Of a stretch of DNA of 48,194 bases, positions 17,464 to 27,175 are shown piece after piece. The translations under genes and the position numbers were made by a program. Under the pieces are notes generated by a model. It saw only the letters and a program-made list of their open reading frames with translations, searched no databases and was not told where the DNA came from. The DNA lies in contig JAOZPA010000002.1 of the NCBI GenBank assembly GCA_029932985.1, positions 1 to 48,194 on the forward strand, read 5' to 3'. The DNA is from Campylobacterales bacterium (lineage in GTDB: Bacteria; Campylobacterota; Campylobacteria; Campylobacterales; JAOZPA01). Each line of letters begins with the position of its first letter. Positions within the stretch are counted from its first letter, which is position 1.

Positions 17464-17903
17464 AGCATCCTCCAAAAATAATTTTTTAATCAATAAAAAC
17501 AAATTAGACTCTGATTTGTTAATAGAAAGCTGATTATATCAAAAATATTTAAAAATATATCTAAAAATTTAAGTAAAATGAGAAATCTTAATAGTTGGTA
17601 AAATTTAATGAAAAAGTGAAGTAAAAAAAAGTTGGTTTAGTATTGAGCAAGAATACTCAATCAAACTTTATAAAAGTTAAATTTAAGTATTTTAAAAAGA
17701 AGCTAATCCCTATCCCCAAGATTGTTACATTTTTTAGTTAGCAAGGTATCAAAAAAGGAGTTTGTTAAAATATTTTAGTTCCTAGAAACAGGGATTGCTA
17801 AGTGATATTCTATCTTAAAAAAAATTAATTTTCGATTAAACTAATAGAAAAAATGGCAGAAAATGGGGTAAATATGTTATAATTAAAACCAAAAAGGGAT
17901 AAT

Positions 17904-18353
17904 TTGAAAAAAATTTACTACAGCTACCTAGATTTCATTAAGGATTGCAAAATATTATTACCACAGATTAAAAATTACAAGCCCGATGCTTTGGTAGCAA
18001 TTGCTAGAGGTGGTCTGGTTTTGGGGCATTTTTTGGGGGAGGCTATGGAGATTCGAGAGGTTTTTACTTTAAACTCTATACATTATAACGGTTCGCAAAA
18101 ATTAGATAGTTTTGAGATTTCTAATATTCCAGATTTGTCTTTAATGAAAAAAGTTGTACTAGTTGATGATATTGTAGATAGTGGAGAGAGTATGGTTGAA
18201 ATTTTAAAAATTTTAAAAAATAGATTTCCAGAGTGTGAATTTAAGATTGCAACAATTTTTTATAAAAAAACAGCACTAATTGAAGCAAATTTTACTGTAA
18301 AAGAGGTAACTGAGTGGATAGAATTTTTTTGGGAAATTGATTTGAAAAAATAA
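17904..18353 (+). CDS. gpt: xanthine-guanine phosphoribosyltransferase-like PRTase
   Basis: 149 aa. IARGGLVLG and the PRPP motif VVLVDDIVDSGESM. C-terminal WIEFFWE resembles the Gpt terminus. TTG start. Confidence 0.7.
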   Translation: MKKIYYSYLDFIKDCKILLPQIKNYKPDALVAIARGGLVLGHFLGEAMEIREVFTLNSIHYNGSQKLDSFEISNIPDLSLMKKVVLVDDIVDSGESMVEILKILKNRFPECEFKIATIFYKKTALIEANFTVKEVTEWIEFFWEIDLKK

Positions 18354-18422
18354 ACCTCTTTTATAGCTTTTTAAGCAAATTTTATTTATAATTAAATATA
18401 AATTTTATTATAGGAAAAAATT

Positions 18423-18809
18423 ATGAAAAAAAGTATATTAATGGAGAAATATCCAGTTTATACATTGGAACTTCAAAAAAGTGAAGTTAAGCAAACTAAT
18501 GTTACTCAAATTGTAGAATATTTTAAAGAGAAGATTGAAAATCACAAAATTGCAAAATTTGTTGGAATTTTTGACCACTACACACACACCGCAGATATGA
18601 ATGGTCCAATAAATCCTGCAATCAAAGATGCTCAAAATATTCTCTTTTGTTTTGGTCCTGCTATTCCAAATACTCAAATCTTGGCAGTGCGACCTCGAAG
18701 TATTGGAATTTGTGAGCTTGAAGATAGATTTACAATAGATTTTTTGGAAGCTCCAAAAGAGCAACTTCACGAATTGATGGAAACTTGGGCTAAAGATTTG
18801 AGAATTTAA
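18423..18809 (+). CDS. conserved hypothetical protein
   Basis: 128-aa ORF with AGGAAAAAATT before the ATG. No recognisable motif. The antisense ORF 18438-18770 is a shadow. Confidence 0.5.
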   Translation: MKKSILMEKYPVYTLELQKSEVKQTNVTQIVEYFKEKIENHKIAKFVGIFDHYTHTADMNGPINPAIKDAQNILFCFGPAIPNTQILAVRPRSIGICELEDRFTIDFLEAPKEQLHELMETWAKDLRI

Positions 18810-18871
18810 TCTAAATTTTCACAAATAAATCAAAGTTTAAGTAAAAAAACTATATAATCACCACTTCAAAA

Positions 18872-18958
18872 GCCTAAGTGGTGAAATTGGTAGACACGCT
18901 AGACTCAAAATCTGGTTACAGCAATGTAGTGTCGGTTCGAGTCCGACCTTAGGTACCA
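18872..18958 (+). tRNA. tRNA-Leu (anticodon CAA), type II with long variable arm, CCA encoded
   Basis: Cloverleaf folded by eye. Acceptor GCCTAAG/CTTAGGT (G1-U72). Anticodon stem CTAGA/TCTGG with loop CTCAAAA. T-arm GTCGG-TTCGAGT-CCGAC. Discriminator A plus CCA. Confidence 0.9.
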
Positions 18959-19092
18959 TCCTTTTAAATTTTATATATATCAAATTAATTATTCCCATTA
19001 TTTCGCACATCTACCATATCAATTTCTATTTTCTCATAATTTTCATAAACATAAAGCAATTAATTGCTAAAATAATAATAAAAGGTTATTTA

Positions 19093-20664
19093 ATGTTAAA
19101 TATGAGAAAGATTATAATTATCTCTAGTTTGAGTTTATTAATTGGTGGTTGTGTGATGAAACCCCATACTGGATTTAGCAGTCAAGCCCCAATGTTGCAA
19201 AATTCAAATTTTAAAAGTGCAATGGGTATGAATTATGCTATGTCAGTTCCACCTCAGGCTAAAAATACAGAATCCTACAACTATCAAAATGAAAATATTT
19301 TTCATAAAGTTACAGATAAACCTCTCTCAACCCTCTCAACCGATGTAGATACTGCATCTTACTCAAATATTCGGCGATTTATAAATGATGATATTTTTCC
19401 ACAAAAGGGGTCTGTGAGAATTGAGGAGATGTTGAATTATTTCAGTTATGATTATAAAACTCCAAAGAAAAAACCTTTTGCTATAAATACAAAGGTTGGT
19501 AAATCTTTATGGAATCAAAAAAATCTAATTTTACAGATTGGACTTGCTACCAAAAAAGTAAATATAAAAAAACTTCCTGCTACTCATTTGGTATTTTTGC
19601 TTGATGTTTCAGGCTCAATGGGAGATAAAAACAAATTACCACTTTTACAAAAATCCCTCAAACTTTTAGTCAAACAGTTACGAAAAAAAGATAAAATCTC
19701 AATTGTGGTTTATGCAGGGGCTAGTGGAGTAATATTGGAAAATGCAACAGGTTTAGAGAAATCAAAAATCATAAATGCCCTAGATAATCTTAAAGCTGGT
19801 GGAGCTACTTCTGGCGGTGAGGGGATTGAGGTCGCATACAAAATCGCACAAAAATATTTCATCAAAAAAGGTAACAATAGAATAATTTTAGCAACCGATG
19901 GAGATTTTAATGTGGGGCAAACTAGCCAAAGTCAACTAGTTTCATTGATAGAAAAAAAACGAAAGAGTGGCATCTATTTAACTGTTTTAGGGTTTGGAAT
20001 GGGTAACTACAAAGATTCAAAAATGGAGATGTTGTCGAATAAGGGCAATGGAAATTATGCTTATATCGATAATTTATTGGAGGCAAAAAAGGTGTTGGTG
20101 ACCCAAATGAGTGGAACTTTGCATACGGTGGCAAAAGATGTGAAGGTTCAGGTGGAGTTTAATCCAAAGCTTGTGGATTCCTATCGGTTGATTGGTTATG
20201 AAAATCGTGTGATGAATGCGGAGGATTTTAATGATGATAAAAAGGATGCTGGGGAGATTGGGATGGGGCATAGTGTGACTGCACTTTATGAGATTGTGAC
20301 AACTGGAAATGCCACAAAATCTAAAGTGGATAAGTTGAAATATCAGGAGCAGGTTTTGAGCAAGAGTGGGCATTCAAATGAGTTAGCAACGGTTAAGATT
20401 CGATATAAAAAGCCAAATTCTAAAAGTTCACTTTTTCTAAGCAAGGTTGTAAATCGAAATAGCGATGAGATTGAAAAAAATGATTTTAATTTTGCGATGA
20501 GTGTGGCAGGTTTTGGGATGTTGCTTTTAGATTCTAAATATGCAGATAGATTAAATTATGATAAAGTTATCAAAGTGGCTAAAGATTCAAAAGGCAAAGA
20601 TGATAATGGTTATCGAGCGGAATTTATACAATTGGTTGAAAAAACACAACTTTTAAAAAGATAG
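19093..20664 (+). CDS. von Willebrand factor A domain lipoprotein (YfbK-like)
   Basis: Lipobox LLIGGC. MIDAS LVFLLDVSGSMG. ILATDGDFNVG. Long C-terminal domain typical of YfbK-type vWA proteins. Confidence 0.8.
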   Translation: MLNMRKIIIISSLSLLIGGCVMKPHTGFSSQAPMLQNSNFKSAMGMNYAMSVPPQAKNTESYNYQNENIFHKVTDKPLSTLSTDVDTASYSNIRRFINDDIFPQKGSVRIEEMLNYFSYDYKTPKKKPFAINTKVGKSLWNQKNLILQIGLATKKVNIKKLPATHLVFLLDVSGSMGDKNKLPLLQKSLKLLVKQLRKKDKISIVVYAGASGVILENATGLEKSKIINALDNLKAGGATSGGEGIEVAYKIAQKYFIKKGNNRIILATDGDFNVGQTSQSQLVSLIEKKRKSGIYLTVLGFGMGNYKDSKMEMLSNKGNGNYAYIDNLLEAKKVLVTQMSGTLHTVAKDVKVQVEFNPKLVDSYRLIGYENRVMNAEDFNDDKKDAGEIGMGHSVTALYEIVTTGNATKSKVDKLKYQEQVLSKSGHSNELATVKIRYKKPNSKSSLFLSKVVNRNSDEIEKNDFNFAMSVAGFGMLLLDSKYADRLNYDKVIKVAKDSKGKDDNGYRAEFIQLVEKTQLLKR

Positions 20665-20676
20665 GTTCTAATTAAA

Positions 20677-20708
20677 GGCAAAGAGTAGTTTTTGACGCTA
20701 CTTTTGCC
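20677..20708. terminator. bidirectional hairpin between convergent vWA and EF-hand genes
   Basis: GGCAAA(G)AGTAG - TTTTTGACG - CTACTTTTGCC: an 11-bp stem with one bulge. Confidence 0.5.
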
Positions 20709-20728
20709 CTAATTTAAGTTATTTAGAT

Positions 20729-21154
20729 CTAATTTTTTTGCATATTCTGATAAAGTTTTCTAAACTCATCTTTATCAATACTTCCATTTTGATTTTCATC
20801 ATATTTTTGAAACATTTGAAAACCTTTATTCCCTGCTCGACCCTGCTTTTTTATCTTTATCATCTCTTTTTGTCTAATTGTATGAAAAGTATCAAACTCT
20901 TTAAAAGTCACTTTTTCATCACTGTTGGCATCCACTTTATCAAATTTAGGTGCAGTTGCAACACCCTTTAGTGCTTTGCCCTCAGCTATCTTTTTTTCCA
21001 TCTTAACCGCTTGGTCATCATAAAACTCTTGAGATGTTAAAAATCCACTTTTATCCACATCTGCCTTATCAAACTTTTGTTGAGCCGTAGGCATAGCAAA
21101 TGCAACACTTGTAAGTAGTCCTATAACAATGAAACTTTTTGTTAAATTATTCAT
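20729..21154 (-). CDS. secreted EF-hand calcium-binding protein
   Basis: Signal peptide, then three EF loops: DVDKSGFLTSQEF, DANSDEKVTFKEF, DENQNGSIDKDEF. Confidence 0.75.
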   Translation of the reverse strand: MNNLTKSFIVIGLLTSVAFAMPTAQQKFDKADVDKSGFLTSQEFYDDQAVKMEKKIAEGKALKGVATAPKFDKVDANSDEKVTFKEFDTFHTIRQKEMIKIKKQGRAGNKGFQMFQKYDENQNGSIDKDEFRKLYQNMQKN

Positions 21155-21226
21155 GATATTCCCTTTGTTTCTATTTAATAATCGTAATTTTATATTAAAT
21201 TTGTTAAGGGAATATTAATGAAAGAT

Positions 21227-22090
21227 TTAATGTTTTTTTAGAAACTTATGCAGAAAGGTTTGTTCCAAAATAAATACCATATAACCAATCGCTAACCCCA
21301 AAATCATATCAAAAAGTATAGATGGTAAAAAACCTAAAGTATCAGTTTGCAAGTGGTGTAAAAATTCTATGTTGTGAGAGAAGATTCCACCTGCGACTAA
21401 AATCATAGCGATAGTCCCCACAACGGACAAAAATTTTATAATTATAGGTAAAGATTTAACCATAAGTTCACCAAACATATCCTTAAATGTACCCTCTTTG
21501 CTGGTTCGGATTAGGTAAAATCCCATATCATCCATTCTAACTAAAAATGCTACAATCCCATAAACTCCGACCGTTGCCAAAAGTGCCACAAACGAAACTG
21601 CTACAATTTGCACACTCAAAGAGTGGGTCATCACAGCCCCTAAAGCAATTACAACTATCTCAATTGACAAAATAAAATCGGTTAAAATTGCTGATTTTAT
21701 CTTTTTCTCTTCAGATAATACCACTTTATTTTCATTGTGAGGTTTTTTCAAAATTTTATGCTCAATATATTCATGTATTTTTTCAGCTCCCTCAAAAGCC
21801 AAATAAAGCCCACCTAAAATTAAAATAGGGGCGATAATCCACGAAACATAAGCACTCAATAAAAAAGCCAAAGGCAAAATAATAAGCTTATTTTTAAAAG
21901 AGCCTTTTGTAATTTTCCAAAGTACAGGAAGTTCACGAGAAGCATGAAATCCTGCTGCTTTTTGAGCATTTACCGCCAAATCATCACCTAAAATTGGTGC
22001 AGTTTGTTTAATTGAAATTTTTGTAACCATCGCTGCATCATCTAAAAGAATTGCTATATCATCAAGTACAGCAAATATTCCACCTGTCAT
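21227..22090 (-). CDS. DUF808 (YedI-like) inner-membrane protein
   Basis: Characteristic N-terminus MTGGIFAVLDDIAILLDDAAMVTK followed by multiple TM segments. Confidence 0.75.
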   Translation of the reverse strand: MTGGIFAVLDDIAILLDDAAMVTKISIKQTAPILGDDLAVNAQKAAGFHASRELPVLWKITKGSFKNKLIILPLAFLLSAYVSWIIAPILILGGLYLAFEGAEKIHEYIEHKILKKPHNENKVVLSEEKKIKSAILTDFILSIEIVVIALGAVMTHSLSVQIVAVSFVALLATVGVYGIVAFLVRMDDMGFYLIRTSKEGTFKDMFGELMVKSLPIIIKFLSVVGTIAMILVAGGIFSHNIEFLHHLQTDTLGFLPSILFDMILGLAIGYMVFILEQTFLHKFLKKH

Positions 22091-22150
22091 TTTTTATCCT
22101 TTTTATCTAAAATATCTCTATTGATAGGGTGCTTTTGCCCAACAATAACC

Positions 22151-22810
22151 CTACATTTGATGAATCTGTTTATGAATCTCACTCTCTGTAAGTTTATCTT
22201 TATTCGTATATTTTTTCATCCAAAACCAGATGAGACCTATGAAAATAATTACAATTGGGATTGCAATATACCAGTGTTCCTTTGCTTTTGCGATGAGGTC
22301 TAAAATCTCTTTGCCATAAAGATAGGCGGGGAGTATGGTTATACCTGCCCAAGCCCAAGCACTAAAGAGGTTTATGAAAGCAAATTTTTTACCACTGTAT
22401 CTGGTGAGTCCAATTGACATTGGGATGATAGTTCTTAAACCGTACATATATCGTTGGATGAAGATGATGGGCCAACCATATTTTTTGAGGAGGAGGTGGG
22501 CGAGAGCAAATTTTCGTTTTTGCTTGTGAAGTTTTCGCTGAATGTAGCCTTTATTGTAGCGACCGATGTAGAAATAGATTTGGTCACCTGCAAATCCGCC
22601 GAGACCTGCGATGAAGATTGCCATATAGAGATTCATATCGCCCGAATAGCAGAGGATTCCGCCGAGGAGCAAACCGATTTCACCCTCTAAAATGCTCCAT
22701 AGAAAGAGGATTATGTAGCCATAGGCAACTAAAAGTCCTGCAAAATATTGGACAAGTTCGCCGTGGTCTTTGACTAAATCTACAAGTGATGTTACTGCTT
22801 GTGCTTCCAA
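22151..22810 (-). CDS. DedA-family membrane protein
   Basis: EGEIGLLLGG, GDQIYFYIGR and FIQRYMYGLRTIIP blocks. TTG start only 9 nt downstream of the preceding stop. Confidence 0.85.
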   Translation of the reverse strand: MEAQAVTSLVDLVKDHGELVQYFAGLLVAYGYIILFLWSILEGEIGLLLGGILCYSGDMNLYMAIFIAGLGGFAGDQIYFYIGRYNKGYIQRKLHKQKRKFALAHLLLKKYGWPIIFIQRYMYGLRTIIPMSIGLTRYSGKKFAFINLFSAWAWAGITILPAYLYGKEILDLIAKAKEHWYIAIPIVIIFIGLIWFWMKKYTNKDKLTESEIHKQIHQM

Positions 22811-22819
22811 AAGTTACCT

Positions 22820-23449
22820 TTATTTAAAAATTTGTAAAATGAAATTTGTGATTGGTTTGAAATTGGGGTGAGATAAATTCCAAAGCCCAGTATCTATATA
22901 ATTTTCCTTATATTTGTACATAAATGAATTTTGTGGTTTATGGAAATTTTCACCTTTTTGTGAATACATAGTATAAGCATAAACTTGACCCTTATTTAAT
23001 ACCTTTTCATATATATGGTTATTTTTTTCAAGACATTCTTGATATGGTTCAAAACATTTTATGATATTGTTATCTTTAATTGTCGATAATAGAAGTATTT
23101 CTAAATCTCCTAAATCTTTATTATTTGGAGTTAAAAAGATTTTAATTTTTTCTTTGTCAATCCTTGAATCTTCAATTGCATTTTCAATATTTGCTTTAGA
23201 TTCCTTAAAATCATCATCTGCATCTTGGATTATTCCAATTCTTGAAATTCTATCCTCTCCTAGTTTTAAAAATTTTAATTTTTTTAATAAATTATCTTGT
23301 CCACCTAAATTAATTATTGTTAAATTATTGTATAGATACTCATTCTTTATTTTTTGAAAATCATCAAAGCTAGATATAAAACTATTCTTTAAACAGATAT
23401 ATTTTACAAAAGCTACATCCATAATTCCCTCAACAATTAAATAATTCAT
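22820..23449 (-). CDS. small TOPRIM-like protein (DUF3226 / DUF4435 / RloB-like), predicted nuclease partner of the ATPase
   Basis: N-terminal strand YLIVEGIMD (conserved Glu), acidic cluster IGIIQDADDD (DxD), later LGDLEILLL. 209 aa. The ATG overlaps the upstream stop (ATGA at 23446-23449). Very AT-rich. Confidence 0.6.
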   Translation of the reverse strand: MNYLIVEGIMDVAFVKYICLKNSFISSFDDFQKIKNEYLYNNLTIINLGGQDNLLKKLKFLKLGEDRISRIGIIQDADDDFKESKANIENAIEDSRIDKEKIKIFLTPNNKDLGDLEILLLSTIKDNNIIKCFEPYQECLEKNNHIYEKVLNKGQVYAYTMYSQKGENFHKPQNSFMYKYKENYIDTGLWNLSHPNFKPITNFILQIFK

Positions 23450-24456
23450 CTTATTCTTGCCCCCATTTCAACTCCATAGGAAAAATTACCATAATCCATA
23501 ACAATAGGTATAATTTTATTCTCTTCATTTTTATATAATTCAATTAAAGTTATCTTTTCATAATTTAACTCTTCACTAGCTTCATTTAATGCTTCTATTG
23601 TTTCATAATCGTGAGTGGTCACAAAAAGTTGAATATTCTCTTTTTCTGCAATCTCTATAATCGCTTTCCAAATATCTTTTAATTTTGAATGATGAATTCC
23701 ATTTTCTATCTCATCTATTAATATAGTACCATTTTGCTTTGTTAAAATAGTTGCAAGAATTTCTATAAATCTATTAGTCCCCTCACCAAGTTCTGAAGAT
23801 ATAATTGATAATTTCGGATTTTCTAAATTTATTCTTAAAAAAGCATCTCTTTCTCCCCTAATCTGTGGCTCTACTCCAACTATATTTTTATCTAAGATTT
23901 GTAAATATTCTAAAAATTTATGCTGAATTCCTAAGTCTTGAATATTGGAATAAAGTTTTGTTAAATTAGAATTATTTGGTTTAGAAGAATCAATAAAAAT
24001 CGCTTTTTTTTCTCCTCTATAAAATAATCCCGTACTTATTCCTCTATTTGTATAGGGTCTAAATGGAAATATTTCTAACTTATCACTATCTTTATATAAA
24101 ATTATAAACTCTTCAACTTCTCTATATCTATCAATTTTTTGGATTTCAATATCATTTAATTCATCTATAAATTTATGTTTGATTTTTATATTAATATTGT
24201 TATATTTTAAATTTATATTGATATTTTGTAGATATTTATCAATTTCATCACGATTTAATCCTCTATTTCTAAATAAAGTTTCAAGCAAGGAGATAAACAT
24301 TCTTAAATTATCACTACTATTTATTAAATAAATTAACTCCAATAGTGCAGTTTTTCCAACATTATTTTTACCCGTAATAATATTTATTTTACTTAATCCC
24401 TCAACTTTAAAATCTTGAAAACATTTATAATTTTCAATTTCAAAATCTTTTATCAC
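23446..24456 (-). CDS. ABC/SMC-type ATPase (AAA_21/AAA_15-like; OLD-, AriA-, AbiLi-like)
   Basis: Head IKDFEIENYKCFQDFKVEGLSKINIITGKNNVGKTALLE (Walker A), signature-like SSELGEGTNRF, Walker B TILIDEIENGIHH, H-loop LFVTTHD. GTG start 6 nt after GAGGAG. Confidence 0.8.
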   Translation of the reverse strand: MIKDFEIENYKCFQDFKVEGLSKINIITGKNNVGKTALLELIYLINSSDNLRMFISLLETLFRNRGLNRDEIDKYLQNININLKYNNINIKIKHKFIDELNDIEIQKIDRYREVEEFIILYKDSDKLEIFPFRPYTNRGISTGLFYRGEKKAIFIDSSKPNNSNLTKLYSNIQDLGIQHKFLEYLQILDKNIVGVEPQIRGERDAFLRINLENPKLSIISSELGEGTNRFIEILATILTKQNGTILIDEIENGIHHSKLKDIWKAIIEIAEKENIQLFVTTHDYETIEALNEASEELNYEKITLIELYKNEENKIIPIVMDYGNFSYGVEMGARIR

Positions 24457-24483
24457 AATCCACTCCTCATTAAAATAAGTAAT

Positions 24484-24489
24484 AATTAT
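24484..24489 (-). promoter_or_regulatory. candidate -10 box (TATAAT on the - strand) for the ATPase/TOPRIM cassette
   Basis: ATTATA on the + strand is TATAAT on the - strand, about 28 nt upstream of the GTG start, in an AT-rich spacer. Pattern match only. Confidence 0.3.
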
Positions 24490-24662
24490 AACTAATATCT
24501 AGTTAAACAGGGCTTTATCAGCAGTTTTTAAGCTTATTAAAAAATTAAATTACCCATTTTAAGATAAAAATTTATGCTCAAAATTATCATCAAAATAGCT
24601 TTTTATAAGTTGAAATTTTATATCTATTGGATAGAATAAAGAAAATTTTTATAGGAGAATAT

Positions 24663-25220
24663 ATGAAAAAATTTCTGTTGCCAGTATTTATGGCTTTTAT
24701 CTTCGCAGGTTGCGTTAGTAGCTCCCCAGAAGGTTACACTTTGTCGGTTAGTCCCCAAACTTTGCAAGAAAATGTAGCAAAAGAGTTCCCGATTCAAAAA
24801 GATTTGGCAGTTGGTAGTATAAAATTGCAAGAGCCAAAGATTGGTCTAAAAGAGGGTAGTGATAGGATGCAAACGGCTATAAATTTCACCTATAAGCCAC
24901 CATTTCTATCTGCTCAAACAGGTACAATTGACCTTTCTGGTCAAATTAAATATGATAAAAAACGGTCAGCTTTTTATCTTTTGAAGCCTGAAGTAGATGA
25001 GTTGAAATTTAATGAAACTTCATTGACAACCAAAATTTTTACTAGTATAAAAAGTTTAAATAAGGGTGTTATGCAAAAAGTGATTGATGGTGTTTTTCAA
25101 CAATTTCCAATCTATAAATTAGCTCCAAATACTCTAAGTGGTAAGTTATTGCAAAAAACAGTCAAAGATGCCAAAATTAAAAATGGTCAACTTCTGATAA
25201 CTTTTGGAATGCCAGAATAG
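24663..25220 (+). CDS. DUF1439 (YceB-like) lipoprotein
   Basis: Lipobox MKKFLLPVFMAFIFAGC after AGGAGAATAT. The body resembles YceB-type proteins (YTLSVSPQTLQENV..., SAFYLLKPEVDELKF). The track ORF starts at an upstream TTG (24627). Confidence 0.6.
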   Translation: MKKFLLPVFMAFIFAGCVSSSPEGYTLSVSPQTLQENVAKEFPIQKDLAVGSIKLQEPKIGLKEGSDRMQTAINFTYKPPFLSAQTGTIDLSGQIKYDKKRSAFYLLKPEVDELKFNETSLTTKIFTSIKSLNKGVMQKVIDGVFQQFPIYKLAPNTLSGKLLQKTVKDAKIKNGQLLITFGMPE

Positions 25221-25237
25221 ATTTTAAAGGTTTATGA

Positions 25238-25269
25238 CCCCCAACGGAAATATGAATTTCCGTTGGGGG
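25238..25269. terminator. perfect 14-bp hairpin between convergent genes
   Basis: CCCCCAACGGAAAT - ATGA - ATTTCCGTTGGGGG. It lies between the DUF1439 stop (25220) and the M50 stop (25278). Confidence 0.65.
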
Positions 25270-25277
25270 ACTGAAAT

Positions 25278-25961
25278 CTAATTCAACAACATATTTAAAA
25301 CCATCCACGCAGGGGCAACAATAAATATCTCTTTTAGAAAATCAATATAGAGGATAGCGATTAAAATCAGCATTCCATACATTCCTACTTTTTGATTCCA
25401 TTCATAAATTTTAGTTGTTCCCAGTTGTAATCCTAAATAACTTAGGGCATTTGCTCCATCAAGCGGAGGGATTGGATAGGCATTGAAAATTGCCAAAAGA
25501 ATATTGTACAAAAAGCTATAAGATATAAAATATATATAAAATGGATAATTTACCTCTGTAGAAGGCTCTACAACAGATAGAATATGCATATTTATTCCTG
25601 TATAAAATTCTAGGATAGTAATCATAATAAAAGCTAAAAGAAGATTGTAGAAAATTCCTGCCATACTTACCCAAACTCCAGCCATAAATCCACCATTATT
25701 TATAACTCTATCTATTCTGATAGGAACAGGTTTTGCCCAACCAAATGGAAATCCTAAGGAAAAATAGAGAAGGGCTGGGAGGATAATTGTACCAAATAGG
25801 TCAATATGGACGATTGGATTTATGCTAAGTCGCCCCAAAGATTTCGCCGTGTCATCTCCATATTTATATGCAGTCCAACCATGCATAATTTCGTGACCCA
25901 CAATCGCCACAAGCAGAGCTAAAATCATCGCCAAAATTTGGTATATATTAAAATTGTCCAT
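25278..25961 (-). CDS. M50-family (site-2 protease-like) membrane metalloprotease
   Basis: HEIMHGWTA (HExxH) in a TM helix, plus NAYPIPPLDG (NxxPxxxLDG). Confidence 0.8.
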   Translation of the reverse strand: MDNFNIYQILAMILALLVAIVGHEIMHGWTAYKYGDDTAKSLGRLSINPIVHIDLFGTIILPALLYFSLGFPFGWAKPVPIRIDRVINNGGFMAGVWVSMAGIFYNLLLAFIMITILEFYTGINMHILSVVEPSTEVNYPFYIYFISYSFLYNILLAIFNAYPIPPLDGANALSYLGLQLGTTKIYEWNQKVGMYGMLILIAILYIDFLKEIFIVAPAWMVLNMLLN

Positions 25962-25963
25962 TT

Positions 25964-27175
25964 TTATTCATTCCTTAAAGTTGATAAAACATCGATATTT
26001 GTCGCTCGTTTGGCTGGATAATAGGAGGAGAGAAATACTATTAAAATTGAGCCGATAAGTATGCTAAAAAAATCGATTGTGGATAAAACAATAGGGAGCT
26101 TTGATGTGCCATAAACCTCTTTTGGCAAGGTGATAATGTTAAATGTATCTAAAATATACATTGAGAAAAAGCCCAACATCACTCCTACTATAATTCCCGT
26201 TCCGCCAATTGTGATACCCAAATAAAAAAATGTTTTTCGGATTTCACTTTTGTAAGCCCCAAGCGAAAGTAGCAAAGCGATTTCTCGTCGTCGGCTCATC
26301 ACGGTCATAAGAAGTGAGCTGATTATGTTTAGAGATGCCACCACCACGATGAGGGTTAAGATGATGAAAAGTGCCTTTTTTTCGAGGGCGAGGGCTGCAA
26401 AAAATGTGCCGTTGAGTTCCCACCATCCCACAACTTTAGCATAGGGAGGTAGAGCTTGTTTGATTTTTTTAATATCTTCCATCGGATTTTCTGAAAATAT
26501 GTGAATTCCATCATAGACACCTTTTGGGTAGCCCAAAATAATTCGCAAAGATTCGAGTGAAGTGAACATATAGCTGGTGTCATAATCTCGAAGCCCAGAA
26601 TCAAAAATTCCTGCGATTTCAAACCGTTTCATTCGGGGCATAACACCCAAACCTGCAGGGTCTATATCGGTAAAAAGCAGAGTGACTTTCTCATCCATCC
26701 CCACCAAAAAAAGCTCCTCTTGCATCCCTTTGCCCATAACTAAATTGAACTTTGAGATATTTTGGCTATCCCCTCCAATCGCATCTGAGATAAATCTATT
26801 TGCTTTGATTTCACGGCTAAAATCCACTCCATAAATCACTCCACCTGCAAGTTGCCCATTTTGTTTTGCCATCGCTTGAGAATAGATGTAGGGGCTGAAA
26901 ATCATATCTGGAAACTGCTTATCAAAGGAGACCAAATCACTACTACTAATACCTTGCTGGGCAAATGGGACGATGGTCATAGGGTAATTCATGGTAGAAA
27001 TTTTTTCTTCAAAATCCTTAATCATACCGCTCATAATCGCCATCGCCACCATCAATACTGCCACCCCAATCATCACCCCGATAAATGCAAGACCTGCACT
27101 AATTGTGATGAACGGCTGAGATTTATCAAATCTCAAATATCTTCTAATTAAATATGGAACTAACTTTTTTTGCAA
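25964..27175 (-). CDS. lipoprotein-releasing ABC transporter permease (LolC/LolE, FtsX-fold)
   Basis: N-terminus YLIRRYLRFDKSQPFITI, a large periplasmic loop, and a C-terminal FtsX-type 3-TM bundle ending YYPAKRATNIDVLSTLRNE. Confidence 0.85.
   Translation of the reverse strand: MQKKLVPYLIRRYLRFDKSQPFITISAGLAFIGVMIGVAVLMVAMAIMSGMIKDFEEKISTMNYPMTIVPFAQQGISSSDLVSFDKQFPDMIFSPYIYSQAMAKQNGQLAGGVIYGVDFSREIKANRFISDAIGGDSQNISKFNLVMGKGMQEELFLVGMDEKVTLLFTDIDPAGLGVMPRMKRFEIAGIFDSGLRDYDTSYMFTSLESLRIILGYPKGVYDGIHIFSENPMEDIKKIKQALPPYAKVVGWWELNGTFFAALALEKKALFIILTLIVVVASLNIISSLLMTVMSRRREIALLLSLGAYKSEIRKTFFYLGITIGGTGIIVGVMLGFFSMYILDTFNIITLPKEVYGTSKLPIVLSTIDFFSILIGSILIVFLSSYYPAKRATNIDVLSTLRNE

Noticed and set aside
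17503-17903. The 400-bp spacer upstream of the gpt-like PRTase was inspected for a purine, PRPP or other riboswitch, or for a known housekeeping RNA (SRP, 6S).
   Set aside because: I could not find the conserved purine-riboswitch loops or junction, or any extended GC-supported multi-stem structure. Only short AT-rich hairpins are present (for example AGTATT-GAGCAAG-AATACT) and a weak long-range pairing (GCTAATCCCT / AGGGATTGC). A covariance-model scan (Rfam/Infernal) would be needed to be sure.
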